DNA of 64,000 bases, from positions 32,001 to 96,000 of the forward strand of contig CAVPLM010000020.1 in assembly GCA_963706025.1 (NCBI GenBank), in the 5' to 3' direction. Numbering within the stretch: the first letter of the stretch is position 1; each line of letters opens with the position of its first letter. Source of the DNA: an uncultured Actinomycetes bacterium. Lineage in GTDB: Bacteria; Actinomycetota; Thermoleophilia; RBG-16-64-13. Under the pieces are notes generated by a model, which was not told the DNA's origin, searched no databases, and saw only the letters and a list, made by a program, of their open reading frames with translations. The position numbers and the translations under genes were made by a program. Positions 19,722 to 28,715 of this stretch are shown piece after piece.

Positions 19722-20206
19722 GATCCCTCCCTCCTGGCCGAACGTCTTTCCCTGCTCGGATCGCTTCGCTGATGAACGACACGGTATCAGAGCTTGCCTC
19801 CGCGCATCCTGGTCGCCGATGCGAAGGCGTCAGTCGCGGCCATCTTACACCGGACTCCCGACCCGCCATTCTCGTTCCGTCTGCCGAGCCAATCTCCATC
19901 AGTGGACGCGGTAGACTAATATTAGGGGAAGAAACCGATCAACACCGATGGGAAAGCCTCTGGTCCGGGATTGTCGACGCACGGTACGGCTATCTTGTGG
20001 GAGAGCGGAGGCCAATCAAGGAGTCGAACCGGATCCTAGATGTCGCCCGTCGTGACCATCGCTGCAGTCGCTTCCTCGCTTCCGGGAACGAGCAAGCCGG
20101 CAACGATGAGCATCGACTTCGACGAGAGCACGGGCTTGAAGACTACCGTCCTCCAGACCCGTGAGTACCCGGCCCCGTGGGATAGCAGGCAGAAGGAGGT
20201 TCAGAG

Positions 20207-21010
20207 GTGAACCCGACCAGAGTCGCCCTTCTGGACGGAGGGTCGCTGGCCATCGATGGCCACAAGATCTATTGGAACCGGGGGCCGGCCGGCGACATAC
20301 GCTTCCCGGTCTACACGGCCCTTGTCGAGCACAACGACGGCCTGTTCCTGTACGACGCCGGATTCGGCCTGGAGCACATGCAGCAGTTCGTGCCCCAGGA
20401 CCATCCTATCCAATCGGCCGAACAGACGCTCCCGGCCCAGCTCGCCAAGGTGGGCTACAAGCCTGAAGACGTGACCCACCTTGTCCTGTCTCACCTGCAC
20501 ATCGACCATTGCGGAGAGGCGAACCTCTTCCCGCGAGCCACGGTGGTCTGTCACCAGATGGAGTACGAGCAGGCTCAGCATCCCGAGCTGTTCGAACGGG
20601 GCAGCTATGGAGCGGTCAGGTACTTCGCCCCCTGGCTGGTGAGAGACTGGCAGGAACTCCCTCCAGAGGTGGACACCGAGTTCTTGCCCGAGTTCCAGCT
20701 TCTGAGAGGCGACGTGGAGTTCGCCCCCGGCGTGTGGCTCTACGAGACCTTGGGCCATTCCGCCGGCCACTACAGCATGCTGGTCGAGCTCGCCGGGCGG
20801 CGACCGATGCTCTTCACCGGCGATGCGGCCATGACCCCCAAGAATCTGGAGATGATGGTGGTCGGCGGCTTCCATCTCGACCCGGTGGCAGGCACTCGCT
20901 CGCTCCAGCGCTTGAAGGACCTGGCTGCCGAGCACGATGCCGAGCTGTTCTTCTCACACAGCATGCCCGAGTTCGAAAGCTGGAGGAAGGCGCCGGAATG
21001 GTACGAATAG
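20207..21010 (+). CDS. Metallo-beta-lactamase-fold lactonase, 4-pyridoxolactonase/AHL-lactonase family
   Basis: HLHIDH, GHSAGH, FTGDA; N-terminus LLDGGSL..DG...YWNRGP.G..RFPVY and FH.DPVAG closely recall Mesorhizobium 4-pyridoxolactonase (from memory); AAGGAGG SD. Confidence 0.82.
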   Translation: MNPTRVALLDGGSLAIDGHKIYWNRGPAGDIRFPVYTALVEHNDGLFLYDAGFGLEHMQQFVPQDHPIQSAEQTLPAQLAKVGYKPEDVTHLVLSHLHIDHCGEANLFPRATVVCHQMEYEQAQHPELFERGSYGAVRYFAPWLVRDWQELPPEVDTEFLPEFQLLRGDVEFAPGVWLYETLGHSAGHYSMLVELAGRRPMLFTGDAAMTPKNLEMMVVGGFHLDPVAGTRSLQRLKDLAAEHDAELFFSHSMPEFESWRKAPEWYE

Positions 21011-21181
21011 GCCGATGCCCACCTGTATTGGGAGGACAGACGCCGAACTCCTGCACGGTGCGGATAGAACGATGGGATCGGACCGTGTAACGCTGTAGAA
21101 TGCTGCTAGACCTCAAGAGAGGAGGGGGCAGACGAGTAGACAGGGTAGAGGAGAACGGACCAAGCAAAGAAGAAGGGGGAT

Positions 21182-22616
21182 ATGATGCTCGAGAAAGAGG
21201 ATAAGACCTACAGTCGCCGCGACTTCCTGAAGATCGCCGGCGTTGCCGGGGCGGCCGTGGGCATGGGCGCCGGCCTGGGCGGCGTGCTGGCGGCCTGCGG
21301 CGAGGAAGAAGAGACCACCACCACGGCCGCGCCCGAGACCACCACCACAGCCGGGCCCACCACCACCGCAGCAGAGAGCACCACCACCGTGAGCGCCGGC
21401 CCCGAGGAGGGCCGGGCCATCAAGCTCGGATTGGTGTCGCCGCAGACCGGGAACTTCGCCGTCTTCGCCATCGCCGACGAGTGGTGGCTGGCCCACACCG
21501 AGGCGGCCCTCAAAGACGGGATCCTCACCGGCGACGGCAAGAAGCGCATGGTCGAGATCATCGTCAAAGACAGCCAATCCGACTCGAACCGGGCCGCGAC
21601 TGTGGCGGCCGACCTGGTGCAGATAGACAACGTCGACATGCTGCTCGCCTCGGGCACCCCGGACACCTGCAACCCGGTCGCCGACCAGGGCGAGGCCCTC
21701 GGATGCCCGGTGCTGATGAGTTTCAGCCCCGTGGCAGGCCCTCTATCATCCGCCAAGGCGAGCCGGTTGAGTTCAAGTGGGCCTGGGGCAACATGCTGGG
21801 CTCGGAACAGACCATCGCCTCCTTCACCGACGCCTTCGAGACCAGCGGCGTCCAGACCAACAAGAAGGTGGGGATGCTCTTCCAGAACGACGCCGACTAC
21901 CAGGGCTGGATGGACCCCTCGGCCGCGCCCAAGGTGTTCGCCGAGAAGGGCTACACCCTGGTGGTGCCCGAGCCCTACTCGGTCCCGGCCGAAGACTTCA
22001 CCCAGCAGATCTCCATGTTCAAGAACGAGGGCTGCGAGATCATCTGCGGCACCAACGACCCGCCCTGGTTCTCCAACTTCCTCACCCAGAGCCTGCAACA
22101 GGGCTTCCAGCCCAAGTTCATCAGCTCCGGCAAGGCCCTCATCTTCCCCCAGGCGGTCCTCAGCTATCCCAACCAGGGTCTGGGCCTGATCGGCGAGGCC
22201 GCCTGGCATCCCGAGCTGGAAGATTAAAGACACACTCTCCGACCTCGATTCCGAAAGCCTGGCCGCCGACTACGAGGCCAAGACGGGCGAGCAGTGGACG
22301 GCGGCCATCGGCTGCTACGGCAAGGTGGAATGGGCCATCGACGTGTACAAGCGGGCCGCGAACCCCGAGGACAAAGAATCGGTGGTCGAGGCCATCAAGA
22401 CCACCAAAGGGACGTTCCAGCAGGGCTACATCGACTACACCGAGCCGGTCGACCCCAACGGCGTTCCATCCCCATCCCAATGTCTACAAGCCCTTCATCG
22501 GCGCCCAGCAGTGGATAAAGGGCACCAAGAATCCCGTGGAGGCCGTGGTGGTCAGCAATGCCACCGCCCCGGGAACCACGGTGCAGGCCAAGGCTACGCC
22601 GATGGTCTATTCGTAG
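21182..22616 (+). CDS. Tat-exported ABC substrate-binding lipoprotein (LivK/Peripla_BP_6 type), split by several +1 frameshifts
   Basis: SRRDFLK Tat motif, LAAC lipobox, GLVSPQTG, KDSQSDSNRA; coherent protein continues across frames at ~21730-21745, ~22220 and ~22460. Confidence 0.85.
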
Positions 22617-22639
22617 ATCCTCCGGTCAAGCAGTGAGCC

Positions 22640-22721
22640 CGCCGCCCGGGCCGCCCGGGCGGCGACTGGAACGGAAGTGAGGGGGCCGGCGGTCGCCGCG
22701 ACAGCGCGGACCGCCGGCCCC
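22640..22721. terminator. Two GC-rich hairpins between the binding-protein gene and the first CocE gene
   Basis: 11-bp stem 22640-22664 and 13-bp stem 22682-22721; typical of mRNA stabilisers or attenuators after SBP genes. Confidence 0.55.
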
Positions 22722-22763
22722 GCCTGTTGTCGGCAAACGTAGACCGAACTCAGGAGGTCGCCC

Positions 22764-24506
22764 GTGTATTCGAAGACGCTCAAGCCGGAGATCATGTCCA
22801 CCATGCTCCCCAAGGACTTCCCGGCCGACGAGCTGAGCAAGCCTGAGTACAAGATGGTCGTCGAGAGAGACATCATGGTCACCATGCGCGACGGCGTGCA
22901 GGTGGCGGTGAACATCTACCGGCCCGACGCGGCCGGCCCCTTCCCCGCCCTCCTGGCGGCGGATTCCTATCAGAAGGATCTGGACGATCTGCCCCTGCTC
23001 CCCATCTTCCACATGCGGGAGACCAACGACATCGAGTACTTCGTGTCCCGCGGCTACATCTTCGTCCATTCGGACTCCCGCGGCACCGGCCACTCCCCCA
23101 TCGGGCAGTTCGACCTCTTCGGCCGGGAGATGCAGAACGACCTCTACGACCTGGTGGAGTGGATCGCCGCCCAGTCCTGGTGTACCGGCAAGGTGGGCAT
23201 GTTGGGCGAGTCGCTGCTCGCCTGGTCGCAGTGGTTCGCGGCCGTCCAGCAGCCGCCCCACCTCACCTGCATCCTCCCCTGGGACGCGGGCGCCGACCTG
23301 TACCGGGATGTGGCCTGGCACGGGGGCATGATGGCCGTGGGGTTCCCCACCGCCTGGCACATGTGGGAGATCCGGGGCCACTACCGGCTGGGATGGGCGG
23401 CCCGCGACCCGGGCTTCGTGCCTCCCAACCCCGAGATGGGCAAGTGGGACATGGTCTGGAACGTGATCAACCATCCCACCTACGACGACTTCTGGAAGCT
23501 CCGCAACCCCGACTTCTCCAAGATCCAGTGCCCGGTATTCGTGGTGGGCGCCCTGCACAAGGTGGGGCTCCACCTGCGCGGGGTGGTCCGCGGCTACGAG
23601 GAGTTGAAGACGCCAAAGAAGATGATGCTCGTCCACGGCGTCCTCGACGGCGACGAGATGGCCATCTTCAACTCGCCGGAGATGCAGCTCCTCATGCTGC
23701 GCTGGTACGACCATTGGCTCAAGGGCAATGACACCGGCTTCATGGAAGAGCCGCCGGTGACCATCTTCGTGCGGGGCGCCGACGTGTACCGGCCGGAGAG
23801 GCGAGTGGCCGCTGGCCCGCACCGAGTATCGCAAGCTCTATCTGCACCCGGGCCCCAGCGGCGCCGTGGAGTCGCTGAACGACGGGCGGCTCTCCTGGGA
23901 TCCGCCGACGAGGCTGAAAGCTCCTTCACCTATTCCTATCCCGACCAGGACTGGACCCACTTCTCGGGCGGCGGCACCGCCGTCATCGAGGAGAACGGGG
24001 TGGTCTACGGGCAGCGGCGCATACCCACCTTCACCAGCGCCCCGCTGGAAGAGGACCTGGAGGTCTCGGGCAGCATCGTGCTGGTGCTGTACGCTTCGAC
24101 CGACCAGAAGAACACCGACTTTTTCTGCCGCCTCGTGGACCAGTTCCCCGACTCCGAGCAGATTCCGGGGCTGCCGCCCGCGGGCAGGATCCTCACCCGG
24201 GGTTGGCTGAAGGCCTCCCACGCCTGCACGAAGAGCGAGGAGCTCTCCAAGCCCTATCGACCCTACTACATGCACGACGATCCCAAGCCCATCGAACCGG
24301 GCAAGATCTACAAGTACGAGATAGAGATCTGGCCGACCTGCAACGTGTTCAAGAAGGGGCACCGCATCCGCATCGACGTGGCCTGCGGCGACTCGCCGGC
24401 GCTGGACTTCGGCGGCCACTACTACGGCATCAAGGTGGGCACCGACACCTACTACCACGACAAGGACCATCCGTCCCACGTCATCCTGCCGGTGATCCCC
24501 GCGTAG
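22764..24506 (+). CDS. CocE/NonD family hydrolase (paralog 1), with compensating +1/-1 frameshift at ~23800-23910
   Basis: MRDGVQ....YRP, SRGY, DSRGTG.S, EWIA.Q.WCTGKVGM, F..GHRIRIDV; AGGAGG SD. Confidence 0.9.
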   Translation: MYSKTLKPEIMSTMLPKDFPADELSKPEYKMVVERDIMVTMRDGVQVAVNIYRPDAAGPFPALLAADSYQKDLDDLPLLPIFHMRETNDIEYFVSRGYIFVHSDSRGTGHSPIGQFDLFGREMQNDLYDLVEWIAAQSWCTGKVGMLGESLLAWSQWFAAVQQPPHLTCILPWDAGADLYRDVAWHGGMMAVGFPTAWHMWEIRGHYRLGWAARDPGFVPPNPEMGKWDMVWNVINHPTYDDFWKLRNPDFSKIQCPVFVVGALHKVGLHLRGVVRGYEELKTPKKMMLVHGVLDGDEMAIFNSPEMQLLMLRWYDHWLKGNDTGFMEEPPVTIFVRGADVYRPERRVAAGPHRVSQALSAPGPQRRRGVAERRAALLGSADEAESSFTYSYPDQDWTHFSGGGTAVIEENGVVYGQRRIPTFTSAPLEEDLEVSGSIVLVLYASTDQKNTDFFCRLVDQFPDSEQIPGLPPAGRILTRGWLKASHACTKSEELSKPYRPYYMHDDPKPIEPGKIYKYEIEIWPTCNVFKKGHRIRIDVACGDSPALDFGGHYYGIKVGTDTYYHDKDHPSHVILPVIPA

Positions 24507-24582
24507 CGCCTCACGGGGCGAGCGCGGCGCAGCCCCTATGAGCTAGGATGCAAGCAGCGACCGTAGGTAGTCGCGATACTGA

Positions 24583-25281
24583 ATGGAAGGAGCTACGACG
24601 GACGCTGACTGGGAGGCGGGAAAGGGAGCAAGACCAGTCCTGGTGCCACTGCCCGACCCAGGACCGGGCAAGGCCGGCCGGTTGAGAGCCGCCGAGCGCA
24701 AGAGGCAGATCGTCGAAGTGACCATGGGCGTCGTGGCCAAGTACGGCGTCCAGGGAACCACCACTTCCCGGATCGCCGCGGCGGCGGGGGTGTCCGAGGC
24801 CACCTTGTACCGGCATTTCTCCAGCCGGACCGATATGTTGCTGGCCGCGCTCGATCTGGTGTACGAGCGCGTGTTCAAAGTGATCAACGCCGCCGACCAA
24901 GAGAACGCGCTCGACCGCCTGCGGGCGATCGGGAGATTGCATTCCGTCGTGGTCTCCTCAGAGATAGAGGGCTACGTCTATCCCCTGTTCGAGTTCGTGG
25001 CTGCGCCGCCCGAGGTCGGGCTCCGAGACGCTCTGGCCGAGAGGGAACGCTCGTCCATCCATGCCCTCGCGGCCATACTGGAGGAGGGGAAAGCCCAGGG
25101 CGTAGTGCGACCGGAGACCGACACGGACCAGTTGGCCTGGGAACTCGTGGGCGTCTACTGGGCCCAGGACATCTCCTATCTCATGGGGCTCAGCGAATAC
25201 GTCACCGCCGACCGGGCCCAGCGCATGCTGGAGCGCCTCCTGGAGAGCATCTCGGTGACCACCCGACCCGCGCCGGCTTGA
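24583..25281 (+). CDS. TetR/AcrR family transcriptional regulator
   Basis: HTH G..GTTTSRIAAAAGVSEATLYRHF. Confidence 0.93.
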   Translation: MEGATTDADWEAGKGARPVLVPLPDPGPGKAGRLRAAERKRQIVEVTMGVVAKYGVQGTTTSRIAAAAGVSEATLYRHFSSRTDMLLAALDLVYERVFKVINAADQENALDRLRAIGRLHSVVVSSEIEGYVYPLFEFVAAPPEVGLRDALAERERSSIHALAAILEEGKAQGVVRPETDTDQLAWELVGVYWAQDISYLMGLSEYVTADRAQRMLERLLESISVTTRPAPA

Positions 25282-25326
25282 CAACACGGGGAGGCCCGGT
25301 ATTGTAGCCGCAGTGAGCGCTTACTG
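25278..25326 (+). promoter_or_regulatory. Sigma70-type promoter plus candidate TetR operator
   Basis: TTGACA 25278-83, 16-nt spacer, TATTGT 25300-05, then near-perfect palindrome CAGTGAGC-GCTTACTG 25311-26. Confidence 0.65.
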
Positions 25327-25478
25327 ATATCAGCCGCGCAGGCTGAAGCCGGGAGCGCGCATCCCCTTTCTGGACCCGCGGGCCAAGACCGGTGTGAACG
25401 GCCCGCGGGTCCGCAAGATGAACCTTGTCAAGGCAGTTGATGCCAAAGCAGTCAACGGGAACACGGGGGAGCCACACC

Positions 25479-26504
25479 TTGAAGAAGATCGACACCGAGA
25501 ACCACTTCGCCACAGAAGCCTATGTGGACGCCTTGTACAAGAACCCGGGCTATCCCCGCTTCGTAGACGACGAGGAGACCGGAGAGCGCCACGTGTACCA
25601 CTCGGCCGACTACTGGCAGCCGTTCGGTGACGCGTTGGTCGACCGGCTCCTCGATCTCGACGACATGCGCCTCCAGGCGATGGACGCAATAGGCATAGAC
25701 GTGGCGGTGCTCTCACACACCGCGCCCGCGCTGGAGCAGTTGGAGCCCAAAGTGGCAACTGCCCTGGCCAGGGACGCGAACGACCGGCTGGCCGAGGCCA
25801 TCGACCGCCACCCAGACCGGTATCTCGGATTCGCCACCCTAGGTCCCAGGGAGCCTGACGAGGCGGTCAAGGAATTGGAGCGGGCTGTCAAGGACCTGGA
25901 CTTCAAAGGTTGGAACACCCACTCCAACTTCGGCGACTCCTATTTGGACGACAAGCGCTATTGGCCCATCCTGGCCAAAGCCGAGGAATTGGGTGTGCCG
26001 GTCTACCTGCACCCGACGTTCCCCATCATCCGTCAGTTGACAGAGTACGGGCTGGCCCTGGCCGGTCCCGGTTTTGGTTTCGGCATCGAGACCTCCACGG
26101 TTATGATGCGACTCATTCTGAGCGGGTTATTCGACGCCTGTCCCAGATTGACGATCATTCTCGGCCACTACGGCGAAGCCCTCCCCTTCTTGCTCAAGCG
26201 GGTGGACCGCTCGTTCCTCCAGTACCACGTGCCCAAGGGGTCCGGCTCCATGCCGGCCATCGACAAGCGACCCAGCGAATATTTGCTTGGAAACATGTAC
26301 GCCACCACCAGCGGCAACTTCCTGGCGGCCGCTTTCGAGTGCACCCGCGCAACTCTGGGGGTCGAAAGGATCATGCTGGGGACCGACTACCCCTACGAGA
26401 CCACTCAGGAAAGCGGGGCGTTCCTCGACGGGCTGGGCCTGTCCGAGGGCGAACAGAGCAAGATCTACGAGGAGAACCCGGCCAGATTGGGGTTCACGTT
26501 GTGA
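25479..26504 (+). CDS. Amidohydrolase_2 family decarboxylase-like protein (paralog of 17962-18960)
   Basis: IDTENHF, GWNTHSNFGDS, GHYGEALPF, TTSGN, GTDYPYE; TTG start after GGGGAG. Confidence 0.88.
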   Translation: MKKIDTENHFATEAYVDALYKNPGYPRFVDDEETGERHVYHSADYWQPFGDALVDRLLDLDDMRLQAMDAIGIDVAVLSHTAPALEQLEPKVATALARDANDRLAEAIDRHPDRYLGFATLGPREPDEAVKELERAVKDLDFKGWNTHSNFGDSYLDDKRYWPILAKAEELGVPVYLHPTFPIIRQLTEYGLALAGPGFGFGIETSTVMMRLILSGLFDACPRLTIILGHYGEALPFLLKRVDRSFLQYHVPKGSGSMPAIDKRPSEYLLGNMYATTSGNFLAAAFECTRATLGVERIMLGTDYPYETTQESGAFLDGLGLSEGEQSKIYEENPARLGFTL

Positions 26505-26572
26505 GCTGGAGACCACGGGCCTAGGGGCCGGGTGCCCCTGGGATCCGTTGCCGAAGCACAAGGAGGTAGCAG

Positions 26573-28414
26573 ATGTATACCAAGATCCTCAAACCCGAGA
26601 TCATGTCCACCCTGCTCCCCAAAGGCTTCCCGGCCGACAAGCTGAGCAAGCCCCAGTACAAGACGGTCGTGGAGAGAGACGTCATGGTCACCATGCGCGA
26701 CGGAGTGCGGGTGGCCTGCGACATCTTCCGCCCCGAGGCGCCGGGGGAGTTTCCGGCGCTCTACGCCACCAGCGCCTACCAGAAAGACCTCGAGTATCTG
26801 CCCCAGTGGCCCGTCTATCATTTCCGCGAGACCAACGACATCGAGTGGTTCGTCTCCCGGGGCTACGTCTACGTGCATCAGGACATCAGGGGCAGCGGCA
26901 AGTCGGTGGAGGGCGAGTTCCAGCTCTTCAGCCGGGAGGAACAGAACGACCTCTACGACATGGTGGAATGGATCGCGGGTCGGCCCTGGTGTACCGGTAA
27001 GGTGGGGATGATAGGGGAATCGCTGCTCGCGTGGGTGCAGTGGTTCACCGCCGCAATGCAGCCACCTCACCTTTGCTGCATAGCCCCTTTCGACGCCGGG
27101 GCCGACATGTACCGCGACGTGGCCTTCCACGGCGGCATCATGGCCCTGGGCTTCCCCGCCAACTGGTGGACGGCGGAGATCCGGGCCAACTACCGGCTGG
27201 GTAAGTACGGCCCGTCTCCGGACGTGGGTCGCTGGGACCTTCCCTGGAACGTCATCCACCATCCCACCTGCGACGACTTCTGGAAGGTCAGGAATCCCGA
27301 CTTCACGAAGATCCAGGTGCCGGTCTACAGCATCGGCATCCTGCACAAAGTGGGCATCCACCTCCGGGGCAACATCCGGGGCTACGAGATGGTGACGACC
27401 CCCAAGAAGCTGCTCCTCTGCCACGGGGACTTCGAGGGCGACGAGATGGCCATCTTCAACTCCCGGGAGATGCAGTTGCTGCACCTGCGCTGGTACGACC
27501 ACTGGCTCAAGGGCAACGACACCGGATTCATGGAGGAAGACCCGGTCACGGTGTTCGTGCGCAACCGCGAGGTCTACCGGCCGGAGAAAGAGTGGCCGCT
27601 CCCGCAGACCCGGTACCGGAACCTGTACCTGGCGCCGGGGCCGAGCGGCGCCGTGGGATCGTTGAACGACGGAGCCTTGAGTTGGGCGGCGCCCACGGCC
27701 GCGGCCGCAGGGGGTCCACCCCCGGCTCCGGCCGGCCCTGCAGTCGATGCTGCCGGCAGGCCTCGAACCGCGTGGGCGCCCGAAGACATCATGGCCGCCG
27801 GAGAGACCAAAGCCACAGTGACCCCCGGCTCGACCAGCTACGACTATCCCGACCCCGACTGGTCGCACTTCTCCGGTCTGGGGACGGCGGTCATGGAGGA
27901 TGGGGTGCCGAACCCGGTGCGAAAGATCCTCACCTTCGCCACCGAGCCCCTTACCGAGGACGTGGAGGTGATCGGCAGCATCGTCCTCAACCTCTGGGCC
28001 TCGTCGGATCAGACCGACACCGACTTCTTCGTGCGCCTGACCGACCAGCTGCCCGATGCCGAGCAGATACCGGGCATGGCTCCGCGAGGCCGGATGCTGA
28101 CCCGGGGCTGGCTAAGGGCATCGCACGCCTGCACCAAGGACGAGGCGAAGAGTCTCCCCTATCGGCCCTACTACCGGCACGACGAGCCCAAACCCCTCGA
28201 GCCGAACGAGATCCACGAGTTCCAGATCGAAGTCTGGGCCACCTCATGCTGCTTTCCGAAGGAGCACCGTATCAGGGTGGATCTGGCCTGCTACGACTCG
28301 AACGCCTTCGACTTCGGCGGCCACTACTACGGCCTCAAAGTGGGGCGGGATACCATCTACCACGACCAGGACCATCCGTCGCACCTCGTGCTGCCGGTGA
28401 TCCCGGAGGGGTAG
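26573..28414 (+). CDS. CocE/NonD family hydrolase (paralog 2)
   Basis: Collinear with paralog 1 from MY(S/T)K.LKPEIMST to HPSH..LPVIP; Ala/Pro-rich insertion; AAGGAGG SD. Confidence 0.92.
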   Translation: MYTKILKPEIMSTLLPKGFPADKLSKPQYKTVVERDVMVTMRDGVRVACDIFRPEAPGEFPALYATSAYQKDLEYLPQWPVYHFRETNDIEWFVSRGYVYVHQDIRGSGKSVEGEFQLFSREEQNDLYDMVEWIAGRPWCTGKVGMIGESLLAWVQWFTAAMQPPHLCCIAPFDAGADMYRDVAFHGGIMALGFPANWWTAEIRANYRLGKYGPSPDVGRWDLPWNVIHHPTCDDFWKVRNPDFTKIQVPVYSIGILHKVGIHLRGNIRGYEMVTTPKKLLLCHGDFEGDEMAIFNSREMQLLHLRWYDHWLKGNDTGFMEEDPVTVFVRNREVYRPEKEWPLPQTRYRNLYLAPGPSGAVGSLNDGALSWAAPTAAAAGGPPPAPAGPAVDAAGRPRTAWAPEDIMAAGETKATVTPGSTSYDYPDPDWSHFSGLGTAVMEDGVPNPVRKILTFATEPLTEDVEVIGSIVLNLWASSDQTDTDFFVRLTDQLPDAEQIPGMAPRGRMLTRGWLRASHACTKDEAKSLPYRPYYRHDEPKPLEPNEIHEFQIEVWATSCCFPKEHRIRVDLACYDSNAFDFGGHYYGLKVGRDTIYHDQDHPSHLVLPVIPEG

Positions 28415-28588
28415 CGGTACCGGGGGATCGGGCGGCCGTTCAAGGGCCGACGCCCGCCGGCCGATCCCGTCGGATGGCAGGAGCAGGGCCGCTCGGCGCT
28501 TTGAGCGCAGAGCGGCCCCAACCACTCAGTGGCCGCCCAAGATCAGCGACTGCAAGAGATGGAAGCGCCCCATCACAGCGAAATAGGC

Positions 28589-28715
28589 TATACTGTCGCA
28601 ACACTATTACAGACTCGGTTGTCCCCCGCGCTCTTTTCCAAGGAATCGATCGGATCAACTGCGTCTACAACCGCAGTGCATCCATCGAGACGCACGGCAA
28701 GGAGCCAAGAACTAC
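28589..28715 (+). promoter_or_regulatory. Promoter -10 and ~115-nt structured 5' leader of the DEAD-box helicase gene
   Basis: TATACT 28589-94; several complementary segments; AAGGAG SD. Confidence 0.45.

Noticed and set aside
26465-27868. Long antisense or alternative-frame ORFs (also 62267-63715, 58955-60352, 22626-23834, 12651-13997)
   Set aside because: Shadows of well-supported genes in high-GC DNA; Arg/Gly/Pro-rich with no recognisable motifs
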